Of a stretch of 64,000 bases of DNA, positions 27,928 through 38,520 are shown in pieces. Position 1 is the first letter of the stretch. Each line of letters opens with the position of its first letter. The stretch is from Octopus vulgaris. Its lineage: Eukaryota. A program made the translations under genes and the position numbers. Under the pieces are notes generated by a model. That model saw only the letters and a program-made list of their open reading frames with translations, made no database searches and was not told the DNA's origin. The stretch lies in the NCBI GenBank assembly GCA_951406725.2, contig OX597816.1, forward strand, positions 97,340,001 through 97,404,000, read 5' to 3'.

Positions 27928-28304
27928 GTATATATATATGAATGTATGTATGCATGTCAGAATATCCTTCCTTGTACGTTGTTTATAAAAAGTATGATAA
28001 CATGTTCTCAACATGTAGGATAGATTTTAATTACTTGTATATTTATTGCAGTGTCAGAATATTTTTCCCCTTTTTGCATAGATTTTCTCAGGAATCTTGG
28101 ATAACTGTGAAGCCTCTTTATAAAACCAAACACATTTTCACTTGTATTTTTACTTATTTGTACTTATTCCTTCGGTTAAAACAGGAGTTCTCAACAAGTG
28201 TCCATATGGCCCTTGGAAGTCCATATAAGATTTTCTTGTTAAAATATATACGCAATAAATTGCTTATACATCTACATATTAGTTTTTGTTTTTATACAAT
28301 TTAT

Positions 28305-28525
28305 AACAAAAGCACGCAGAGAGCGCAAACCTCCGTCAAGACAACACCAAGGTCTTCTCAACGATTAGCCGGAATTGATTTTTAGAATGAGAATATTTGA
28401 AAGAAACTCGATTGCTCTCACAAACGAGAATACTAAAAATGAACCTGACCGCTCTCAAAAATTAATTAAAAAAAAAGAAAAAGCGGAAAAATAATCCAGA
28501 ATTGTCCGGTACCTGATCGATCCCA
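28305..28525 (-). mobile_element. Helentron-like non-autonomous element (HINE), 3' part
   Basis: Reverse-complement match to about 29640-29855. Confidence 0.7.
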
Positions 28526-29164
28526 ATGGTAGTCATGGAATGTGAAGTTGGGTGTACGGGCTATGTTTGTAATACTGTGTGTGTGACGTCTGCAGTGGCA
28601 AGAGAGAGAGTTTTCTCTATGATGGCCTTTTTTAGTCTATACACTGATATAGTGTTTTTTCGACCATTAAGATCTATAGCGAAAAATTTGTCCGTGCGTA
28701 AAAGAAACAGAAAGGACCTGCATATGGTTCTGTTAAAAGAGGTTTAAAAACATGGTTACGCACACAAACGTGAGTCCAAGCAGTAATGCTTCCTTCAAGG
28801 CCAAGCTAGAAATGCAATTGTTAAGTAGGTAAGAGGTTTTAAACAGGAGCGATATGTTCAAAATTGCTGAAACTAAACATTGCCGAGGATAAATAAAATT
28901 TATTATTGTTACTGAATATGTTAGTCTGTTTAATTTCTTAACAGTTTCGCTGACGTTTATTTATGTAGTTTGATTTCTTTATCCATTAGTTTCTACTAAG
29001 AGACGCGAGTATAATTAATAATAGAAGACAAAAAAAACTTTGGAAACAGCAACGCCGTCATAGCTTACGCGAAAACCATGAGCGTGCTTTCAAGGGAAAT
29101 AATCAGAGTAAGACTTGAAAGTCTGTAAGATCGTAATACTTCATGTAGAATAAAGTAAGTATAA

Positions 29165-29347
29165 CAAATAATCTAAAATCCTTGTTCGGTACTGGATCAA
29201 TCCTAAAATCTTATCAGTTCATGCCTGTCATGTGGCCAAACATCCCCGAAAGTTTCATCCGAATCCATCTAGCAGTTCTTGAGATATCCTGTACACGGAC
29301 AAACAAACACGACTGTAAGCAATACCTCCGCCTTAGCGATGGCGGAG
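29165..29347 (-). mobile_element. Helentron-like non-autonomous element (HINE), 5' part
   Basis: Reverse-complement match to about 29510-29680, including the acctccgcc/ggcggag palindrome. Confidence 0.7.
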
Positions 29348-29506
29348 AAAAGAATGTGTGATTATAAAAATACACTAGGATGTATTTTTATACGCATCGA
29401 ATGGCCATGGCTGTCTAGCAGAGTAAAATATGATTCGAAGCGATTTGGCGAACAATGGTTGGTTCCACTGGTTAAAACGAACGCTTATGTTAGAATGTAC
29501 TTCTAG

Positions 29507-29855
29507 TTACCTCCGCCTTGGCTAAGGCAGAGGTATTGGTTCCAGTGGTGCTTGTTTGTTTGTCCGTGGACAAGATATCTCAAGAACCGCTGGATGGATT
29601 CGGATGAAATTTCAGGGAACGAACTGATTAGATTTTGGGATCGATCCGGTAGGGGATAATGATTTTGGATTATTTTTCCTGATTTTTTTTTTACTTAATT
29701 TTAGAGAGCGGTGGGGTTCATTTTTAGCATTCTCATTTGAGAGACCAGTCAACTTTATTTCAGATATTCACAGTTTAAAAATGATCTCTGGCTAATCGTT
29801 GAGAGGATGTTGGTGTTGCCTTAGCGGAGGGTTGCGCTCTCTGAGCGCTCTTGTT
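29507..29855 (+). mobile_element. Complete Helentron-like non-autonomous element (HINE)
   Basis: 5' ttacctccgcc..ggcagaggta subterminal palindrome, (gttt)n tract, 3' gcggagg subTIR, terminal hairpin gcgctc-tct-gagcgc, T-rich ends. Confidence 0.78.
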
Positions 29856-30099
29856 TTATAATAATTCTCCTGTGAATAGATGTAATTAACTAATATAAGA
29901 TTTCTTGAAGTTAGTACTCTCAGTTGTGTCTGAATTTGCATTTATGAAATTCATGAATAATTGGTTGTGGTAAGAGCTTTGGAGTCCAATGATACAGATA
30001 CTTCTGCAATGTACAAAAATGTTACACATGTGCGTAAATACATATATACATATGTATATGTATATATATATATATACACACAAATATATATATATATAT

Positions 30100-30252
30100 C
30101 CTTGCTTTTCTCTTTTTTTTTCTGTGTCCCTGTCTGTAGAAGAGCGTAGGCTCGAAACCTAAAAGACTTTTTCTATTCCTGAGCGTTATACTAATACATC
30201 TGTTTGTTTTGTACACTACCTGTCTTCGTGTTTTGTTTTTTTCGTATACTCT

Positions 30253-30256
<4 letters not shown>
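30100..30256 (+). mobile_element. pLTR-like module with variant-core hammerhead-like motif (30130-30165), within (TA)n
   Basis: ctgt CTGTAGA a gagc gtag gctc GAAA cc TA aaag; second family member at 7198-7400. Confidence 0.6.
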
Positions 30257-30311
<55 letters not shown>

Positions 30312-30413
30312 GGAGTAAACACATAAATGTGAAACAAGGTGGAAAAAAGAGTACTCAAATACCAGTGGTAGAGTAATATGCTTTATTTTAAGCAGTAGAA
30401 AATTCAACAAAAT

Positions 30414-30451
30414 CTGTTACTCTGAGTTTCTCGTTGCCGTTCATCAGACAG
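30414..30451 (-). ncRNA. Minimal type I hammerhead ribozyme
   Basis: ctgt CTGATGA acg gcaa cga GAAA ctc a gag TA acag; core intact, near-palindromic stem III, stem II closing pair is an A-A mismatch. Confidence 0.8.
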
Positions 30452-30531
30452 TTTGTCTGATGAACGGCAACGAGAAACTCAGAGTATCAGATTTTGTTGA
30501 TGAACGGCAACGAGAAACTCAGAGTAACAGA
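30452..30531 (+). ncRNA. Tandem pair of minimal type I hammerhead motifs
   Basis: CTGATGA acggcaacga GAAA ctcagag TA at 30457-30486, repeated 40 nt later with a TTGATGA core. Confidence 0.7.
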
Positions 30532-30561
30532 TTTTGTTGAATTTTCTGCTGCTTAAAATAA

Positions 30562-30612
<51 letters not shown>

Positions 30613-31039
30613 AATCGATCTCCATACATATATGTGTATACGAACATGTGTGACCATACATACATGTCAGGTCATTTATGAGGCTCTCATAAGTGCTATT
30701 GGTAACATGGAATCCCTTACAACCTGTGGCATGGTCGGGTTTTCAGCGACTAAACCGGCAGCACCACCAGGCTACCCTGGTGAGGAGGATTGCTAGAAAC
30801 CCAGCAGGATTACTTACATACACACACACGCCCATATATATGTATATATATATATATATATAATAAATATTAGGGAATAAATCCAAATTTACAGGGAAAA
30901 AAAATCAGATTTAGGATTAAATCCAATTTTATAGTAAAATATTATATAATATTAATTAGAGACAAAACCACTATTTTGCAAAACAAACAAGGAAAGACTT
31001 AATCAATACATAAAATTTTAATAAAAAGTAAAAAAACCG

Positions 31040-31082
31040 CCACTACAATTGTTTCTTGTCCTGATCGACAATCTTCAGGTGG
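31040..31082 (-). ncRNA. Minimal type I hammerhead ribozyme, fully canonical core
   Basis: ccac CTGAAGA ttgtc gatcag gacaa GAAA caattg TA gtgg. Confidence 0.88.
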
Positions 31083-31142
31083 ATTTCCAATAAGTCAGTT
31101 TCAAATTATGAAGTCATAATTTGAAACTGACTTATTTGAAAT

Positions 31143-31185
31143 CCACCTGAAGATTGTCGATCAGGACAAGAAGCAATTGTAGTGG
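31143..31185 (+). ncRNA. Type I hammerhead copy with GAAA>GAAG substitution
   Basis: ccac CTGAAGA ttgtc gatcag gacaa GAAG caattg TA gtgg. Confidence 0.7.
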
Positions 31186-31269
31186 CGGTTGTTTTACTTT
31201 TTATTAAAATTTTATGTATTGATTAAGTCTTTCCTTGTTTGTTTTGCAAAATAGTGGTTTTGTCTCTAA

Positions 31270-31336
<67 letters not shown>

Positions 31337-31995
31337 TTATATATACATGTATGTGTGCGTGTATGTGTGTATGTGTGTGTGTAGGTATATGTATTGTTCA
31401 AAATAGTGTGATTCGGTTTCTGTGCTGCTTAAAGATTTCAAGTTCCTAACGAGGGTTTTCCTTAGATCGGTGAAATTTTTAATCAATATAAAGTTCAAGA
31501 TGGCTACCGGTAGATGGGCTGTAATTGATCAAGAAAGGACACGTGATGTCACGATATTAGGAAGCGACATCAGATATATGAGAAAAAAGGCCGCGTGTTT
31601 GGACAGAAAATTGGCGGCACCAGTGCGTCTGGGTGTATGGCTAAGAGAAAATGTAAGCATATGAACTTGTATGTATGTGATGTCGCGCATATGTGAGTGT
31701 CTGATTGTATGTGTTGTATGTATGAAATTGCGGGAATATACACGCATACGCGCGTGCAGTTGTGTGCGAGTGGTCCTACGTGTATGTGTGTGTATGTATG
31801 TGTTCGTATATATTTGTGTGTATGCTTGCGTGTATGCGCGTGTGCGTCCGTGTATGCGCGCGTGTGTGCATGTGTGTGTATGTGTGTGTATGTGTGTGTA
31901 TGCGTGTGTGTGCGTATTTTTACATATATGTGAGCGCGTTCTGCATGTGTGTGCTGTGCGTGTTTGCGAGCGTGTGTGCATGTGTTTGTGTGTGC

Positions 31996-32045
<50 letters not shown>

Positions 32046-32759
32046 TGGTGTAGGAATGCATATGCAAGGGATATATGTTTTCAGGTGGATTGGCATGATT
32101 GGTGTAGTGCTTATATGTACTGTGCGTTCGTTTGGTACGTGCGGGCGCACGTGCATTCATAAGTATATGTGTATGTATCTGTATTATGCACGCGAGTGCA
32201 GATGTACAAACACACACACACACGCGCACATATATATGAATATACATATATGCGTGCATCTGCACACACACACGCGAAACCACACACGCGCGCGCGCACA
32301 CAACGGACACAGACCTTCACACACTCACACACACACATATATATACATACCTCGGCGGCATGGGAGTGTATGGGTTGGGCGTGTGGGTGCTAGTAGGGGT
32401 AGCTGCATGCACATGGATGCCTGTGTGTGTGTTACTTGTGGTTGAGCGTGCATTTGCGCCTAATATATAGAGGCGGAATTATTGGTTTTGGGGGTTTTCT
32501 ACAAGTGCAAATGTATCAGGCTGCACCGATGTTGGGGATTAGTGGTTGGCAGTGCTGCGCATGGAGACTTGTGACTGTCTCCTTGGTGTTACTAATGCAG
32601 GAGGGCAGCTGGTAAGAATGTGGTATATCCAGGTTATCGGCGGCCAGTGGCTTGAAGTCTCCAGGATGGCATATCTCTGAGCATACACGGACGCACACGC
32701 GCATACACGCAAGCATACACACAAATATATACGAACACATAGATACACACACATCAATA

Positions 32760-33107
32760 GAACAGATCGTATTTCCTGCAAATGTATACTGCGGGTTGGT
32801 AATGGAAGTTCAGTCTTTCGCGGAAGCAGAGCTTCTAATTACGAGTGCCGGGCGAAAATTCTAGCGCCCTGTCGACGATGGACCATTTGATGCTAGGCGT
32901 TTCATTTCGGTCGTCACAGAGTCATCACAGGAAACGAGACGGAAAAGTGGGGTTCCTCCTGTCCCTGCATCTTAGCGGGTGCATGTGCTGTGAGTATTTT
33001 CCCTTGAAGTCATTGGCTGTCATACTCGTATTCTGCCTTGTGGCGCCATCGAATGGTGTAAGGTGGGTGACTCTGTATACTTCAGCCCTTGAGAGGCAGG
33101 ATCCTGC

Positions 33108-33110
<3 letters not shown>
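32760..33110 (-). pseudogene. Possible Helitron RepHel fragment
   Basis: QDPASQGLKYTESP resembles the DPxARxLxYxEFP motif between Rep and helicase; frameshifted and weak. Confidence 0.35.
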
Positions 33111-33150
<40 letters not shown>

Positions 33151-34042
33151 TTGTACATTTATACATATATGCATATGAATATACACACACAAGCACTTAT
33201 TTGTACAAAAACGCAGACAAAGAGAGAGAGGATGGGGAAGATAAGTAATTAAATAGATTAGATAGATACGCGAAGAGATACACCCATGAGTTTCTCTAGA
33301 AATGACATATTTGTTTATGAGAATATAATCAAATAATATAAGAAATAATACTAAAAAAATTACTTAGATTTCTATTCTGTTTCACCGTTTTATTCGTAGA
33401 ATGTTAAAAATACGACCGATACAATAATATTTCGTTATAACATTAAATGTAAAATATGTTCTGATTCTAATCTGTATGCTGGAATCCGTATTAAATAAAG
33501 TAATATGTAATTAGATGGAAGCGATATCTGTTTTCCCATCCACAGTAACTGAATTAAGAACTAATATTCTGAAAGAAATCAAATTATTTAATGTACTGAT
33601 TTGACAAGTTATGAATAATGTCGTGTTGCATGTGATTTTGTGTAATTTATGTGTGCATGTGTACGTGCGTTTATGTTTACACATATAGATATAGATAAAT
33701 ATAAATATATGCGTATTTGTGTGTATAGATGTACTTTGTTATACATGTATATACAAACATAAAAAAAAGACGACCGCGGGCACACACACAAACACACACA
33801 CATACACACACACGCATGCACACTCATAGCTATATACTCGTCCGTTCATTTCAATAATACGTATTAGAGTTTATCTCAATAGTGAGAAGGTTTCAATGAA
33901 ACTACAAAATATCTACATTTGAATCATGTAGTCAGTGCTAAAATTCCATGTAGCCTACTTCGGTTTGACAAAATTAAATGAAAATAAAACGTAAAGTATG
34001 TGTAAGCGCACACTCACACAGACACACACACACACGCACACA

Positions 34043-34084
<42 letters not shown>

Positions 34085-34136
34085 GAGATTTACATACCCA
34101 GGTTTTATTATAGCGTGTCGTTAATCATACTTTTAA

Positions 34137-34401
34137 TCTATTATATAAAATCCCTTCTGTCTGCGTGTGTGTGTGTCTTGAAGTGTCTCGGGCATCCCCC
34201 ATCCGATTGCGCTCAAATTTCATATGTAGATACCTACGGTATCAGGGCGTGTATATATCTTGAAAAAAAATTACAAAAATCGATTCTAGGTGAGAATGCG
34301 ATCGATAAAGCCGTGGGAACGTGCATTTGTACGCGCAAGTACATCAGTCGAAATCCGGCTTTTGCTGGTGTCTCAAATGTAGGCGTTTCTCAAATTGCTC
34401 G
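34137..34401 (+). mobile_element. Non-autonomous Helitron-like element
   Basis: A|TCTATTATATAAAA start, short (GT)n tract, ccgattgcgctcaaattt motif; 3' end ctcg|t may be a decayed CTAG|T. Confidence 0.55.
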
Positions 34402-35089
34402 TATATATATATATATATTATATGCATGTGTGTATACGTATGTATGTATGTATGTATGTATGTATATATGCATGTATATATATATTTCTTAACAAGCTGA
34501 AGGTGATGATACACTTGTTATGGAATGAGCTCTACTCAACATAGCTAATCATTAGGCTGAGATTACTTTAATGAAGATAACATTGTTTCAAGAAATTTCT
34601 AAGCGAGCCATAACAAAATAAAGAGTTAAGCTGAATAGGAATGCTAGAGAATAAATTATAGATATAAAACACAAGATTTTAAAACATGTAAGAATGTAAG
34701 GCTTTCAGAACCAATTACAGAAATAGCATAGAATGAGAGGAAGAATGTAGAAGAATGAGAGTGGTTTACAATTCATGAGTTTGAAGAAAAGGCGAAAAAG
34801 ACGGAAGAGAGAGGAAAATGGATTGCTATCGTTGTGGGAAATGTTTCGTGGAAGTAAAATTCTATTCAAGAGATATGACGGCACATTTTAGCGGACTGCT
34901 AGAATGTTGTCAACCAAACTGATATAGGTAAAGGGATGGCGAGGATGGGGTCATTCGTTTCCATAGAACAAAAAAAAAACGCCACTACACAGGTATGCTT
35001 CCTATATCTGCAATAAGTTCACCCCCCCCACACACATACTAGCACACACATTCGCTAACACACGAACTCACACGCTCATACATACGCAA

Positions 35090-35129
<40 letters not shown>

Positions 35130-35132
<3 letters not shown>

Positions 35133-35503
35133 ATGCTGACATCCGGTGTCTGTGCAAGACCCTGCCTCAGTTAAGTTGGACTCAAGAGTCATCTTCGTAT
35201 TCATAAAGCGAGACAGACGAGTGACAACCTGGCTACTGGTGGTGGTGTTACACACCATACTAATCATATCTGTCGGGCATGTAGAAGAGAGTGTAATTCG
35301 GCAGGAGGACTTAAACGACATGCAAAGGTACATGAAGCCCAGTTACAACTACAGCCAGCTATTGCCGGTAAAGTTTTTAGCTGCCAATTCTGTACAAGAC
35401 ATTGTAGGTCTTTAGCTGGGCTAAAAAATCATATTTGATCACAGCACCAATAACAGTTAAGCTTCGTGGAATGGTCATGCCCGATAATGAGGGGGCAGCC
35501 ATT
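35130..35503 (+). mobile_element. 5'-truncated RTE-like LINE 3' end encoding three tandem C2H2-type zinc fingers (pseudogenised)
   Basis: One frame 35130-35453: SGVCARPCLS*VGLKSHLRIH, CRACRRECNSAGGLKRHAKVH, CQFCTRHCRSLAGLKNHI*SQH; short 3' UTR; flanked by (TA)n. Confidence 0.7.
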
Positions 35504-35811
35504 ATATGTATATATATATATATATATATATTAAATCTCTGAGCAAGACGTAAACTGTAGCAATACGTAATCGTAACATATAAGTGCCAACCAAGAGTGG
35601 TTTCCTGTACGTGACAGTGCTACTGGCGTTTATAGCCTCAGGAAGACATCTCTTCCGGCTGGCTAACGACACACTATGTGTATGTATGTATGTATGTATG
35701 TATGATGTGTGTATGTATGTATGTGTGTATGTATGTATGTATATATATATATATAGTTATATATATATATATATACGTATATATTTATGTATATACATAT
35801 ATATACATATA

Positions 35812-35868
<57 letters not shown>

Positions 35869-35880
35869 ATATATACATAT

Positions 35881-36282
35881 ATTACATGGAAAATGCGAGC
35901 ATGAAAAGTATTATTCTTAAGATTATAAATCTGGAAGGTACAGGACAAGATATTTCACCTAAAGAAGTATAGGATAGGCTATTACTTCTTAGTAAAGTAA
36001 AGAATAAGAGACTTAAAATATTGCAGCAAAGAATGCCAATTCTAATTTATCACTCCTTATATTTCTCATCTTTTAAATTTATTGTACAAAACTGTTCAGT
36101 TAATTTGTATGTAATCTGTAATTCAGTAAATTAGCTGCAATATTTTAAGTAAAAAGCTTCTTATTCTTTACATTACTAGAAGTAATAGCTTGTCCTATAC
36201 ATTTATAGGTGTACTCACTTGTCCTGCACTTTTCCAGGTTTATAATCTTATTACTGTTCATGCTTGCATTACTCGATGTAAT
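35881..36282. mobile_element. MITE-like element with about 150 bp diverged terminal inverted repeats
   Basis: 35881-36028 vs 36134-36282 (aagattataaa, caggacaag, gctattacttct, acttaaaatattgcagc mirrored). Confidence 0.7.
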
Positions 36283-36338
36283 TCATGATTTTACCAGACA
36301 TTGGTGTTGTAAGATATTAATAGTGTACCAGTTAATAA

Positions 36339-36872
36339 TTTAACAAGGTGTTGAGTTGCGCAGCTATTCGTGCATGGCTTTCACCAAATCTTTTGATCCG
36401 GTAGACTTGAATTCCATTTTACTCCCGGGGCCTTACAGTTGCTCATATTTGTTTTTTGCTGATTTTTTTTCACTTCATTAACTGAAATGACTAGTTATAC
36501 CTGTTTTGGAAAGACTACTGTTTGTTTTAGTTCTTGCAACTATTCAATATCCTTCTTGTGTTCCTTGTCTTTGCTCCAGATGTCACTCCAAAACATTTGA
36601 CTTTCAATGTTATCTGGTATCAACTTTTCATCTGTACATTCCATTTATTTCTTTCTAGAATATCTTCTAATCTACCCTGAATAACCTATTCTGGTGGTAA
36701 ACCTTCATTCTTTGGCCGTATCTTACCATCTTTGCTTTCTTTGCAACGAGTCGCCGTTTCAGTTCCTCCACTACTAATTTCAGGCTCTTCCTTTCAATAT
36801 TATACTTCCTTTTCAGCGACCTGCATTTTTGTTCACTTTTAAGTTCCCCTATCTCTTTTCGGTCTAACACAG
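36339..36872 (-). mobile_element. Inverted internal segment of an R4/Dong LINE
   Basis: Matches about 55418-55947 (LKRKYNI..VVEELK..HQNRLFRVD). Confidence 0.88.
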
Positions 36873-36879
36873 TGATTTC

Positions 36880-37545
36880 CTATTTGAAGTAGAAAAGTCA
36901 GGCTTGTGCAAACATATAGCACTATACAAGAAATTGAAAACGAATAACACTGAAAATAGGTAGGTAAAGACAACAATGCATGGTCACTTACATCGGGATG
37001 TTGAAGATAAGACAGACAGAGAAAAAACATGGTTGTGGATGACTAAAAGTGATTGAAAACCGGAAACGGAGGCATCGTCGAAAATAGGAAAGCAAAGATC
37101 CTATGGGATTTTATGATTCAGCGCGACAATGAGATAGATAATAGGAAGCCGGGCATAGTCTTGATTGAGAAAAAGAAAAAAACAAACTATGCTGGATTAT
37201 AGATATAGCATGCCCAGCTGGCAACAAGGTATGCGATATGGAAGAAAAAAAAGTTGAGAGATATGACAAGTTAGCTTGGGAAGTTAAGGAGTTGTGGTCG
37301 ATGAAAAATGTAGCAGTAGTACCAAAAATTGTCGGAGCCCTGGGAACAGTGAGCAAAAATTTCGAGAAGTACGTGGAACAAATAGGGGCTGCTATAAGAG
37401 TGGAGCACTTGCAGAAAACGACAATACTTCGGAAGGTGCTCGAAAAATAAGAGCTGTTGGCTTAGTTCACTGGTTGTGAATAGCTGACACTGTAGTACAT
37501 CACTAGCGTTAGAAGTTGTGCAAAGGCAATAATGATAATAATAAT
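36880..37545 (+). mobile_element. 3' end of an R4/Dong LINE with RLE domain and (TAA)n tail
   Basis: Matches about 57150-58060 with an internal deletion; IIDIACP..E..K..RY..L..E..VVPKIVGALG. Confidence 0.9.
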
Positions 37546-37705
37546 CCTTTCTACTATAGTCACACGACCTGAAATTTGATGGAGGGACATAATCATTTAC
37601 ATCGACCTCAGTGTTTCAATAGTACTTTATTTATTGACCCCGACAGAATGAAATGCAAAGTCAGACGCAGTGGAATTTGAACCCTGAACGTGAAGACGGA
37701 GCATC
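37545..37705 (-). mobile_element. SINE family C fragment
   Basis: gaccccga..aatgaaa..caaagtc..ggaatttgaac motif. Confidence 0.7.
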
Positions 37706-37709
37706 ATAA

Positions 37710-38210
37710 GGCGAGTAAGAATTTTGTGTGGGGTTTTATATAACAGGTAAGGAGAAAGAAGTGGAAACGATTGTGAAATTCCATAAATGTATACATATTA
37801 TTAGAACTATATTCTAACATAGATGATACAGTCCTCTTGACACAAGGGAAACTCCTGCTAGGGGTAATAAAAAAACCCCGCAAATTCAAGATTACCCTCA
37901 CCCCCAAAACACGAGTCCTCTCTCAACTGTTACTCTCCAATCTACAAGAGCATATTTAAAGTAGGGTCAGTAAATCTAGCCATTTTTACTACAGTTACTC
38001 ATCTTTTCCTAAATCTATTTGAAGCAGCACTTCTCTCTCCACCCTCACTTTCCTTTCCAAGTGTAACTTAGAGAGACTGATGAAGGCTTGATGAAGAGGA
38101 AGGTATCTTTCCTCAATTCTTTCAGCCTGGTCCCCCACACGACCTATTTCGACATAGCCACTAGACAGTGGAAGGAAATGAAAGAGCAGATGAAGACTGA
38201 GTAACACCGA
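37710..38210 (-). mobile_element. Tx1-like LINE 3' fragment
   Basis: HQAFISLSKLHLERKVRVEREVL resembles the C-terminus at about 4370-4430. Confidence 0.55.
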
Positions 38211-38314
38211 AAATTACAGTTGGTGTTGCGCACAAAATTGACTAAATACATGGGTGTTAGCGGAAAATAGTGACAGTGCTTGCAATACGGAAAATATTGA
38301 CAGTGCATGCAACA

Positions 38315-38520
38315 TTTCACTCCAAGAGTGACACTGATCCGTTATATTCGTCTTGAAGAAAGTTGTTAGGATTATGTTGAATCAGAGGAAAATAGTTTTG
38401 GGTGGTATGTGAAAAAAGTCAAGCAACCATTGTTAATGTATGCAGAGAAGTCCGAAATCATCAAAACTAATACATTGGTTGGTTACGAAAGAGAAATTTA
38501 AAGAGGAAAAGACTCCGTCA
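38315..38520 (+). pseudogene. R4/Dong fragment
   Basis: HSKSDTD..; VESEENSFGWYVKKVKQPLL, compare 57000-57145. Confidence 0.55.

Larger units (their letters stand above)
30309..30564. mobile_element. Fold-back module in (TA)n carrying three hammerhead motifs
   Basis: Inverted repeat 30381-30450 vs 30454-30563; 40 bp tandem duplication in the right arm. Confidence 0.85.
30861..31276. mobile_element. Fold-back module in (TA)n: about 163 bp arms (30949-31111, 31114-31276), 2 nt loop
   Basis: Arms reverse-complementary with three mismatches seen by eye. Confidence 0.92.
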
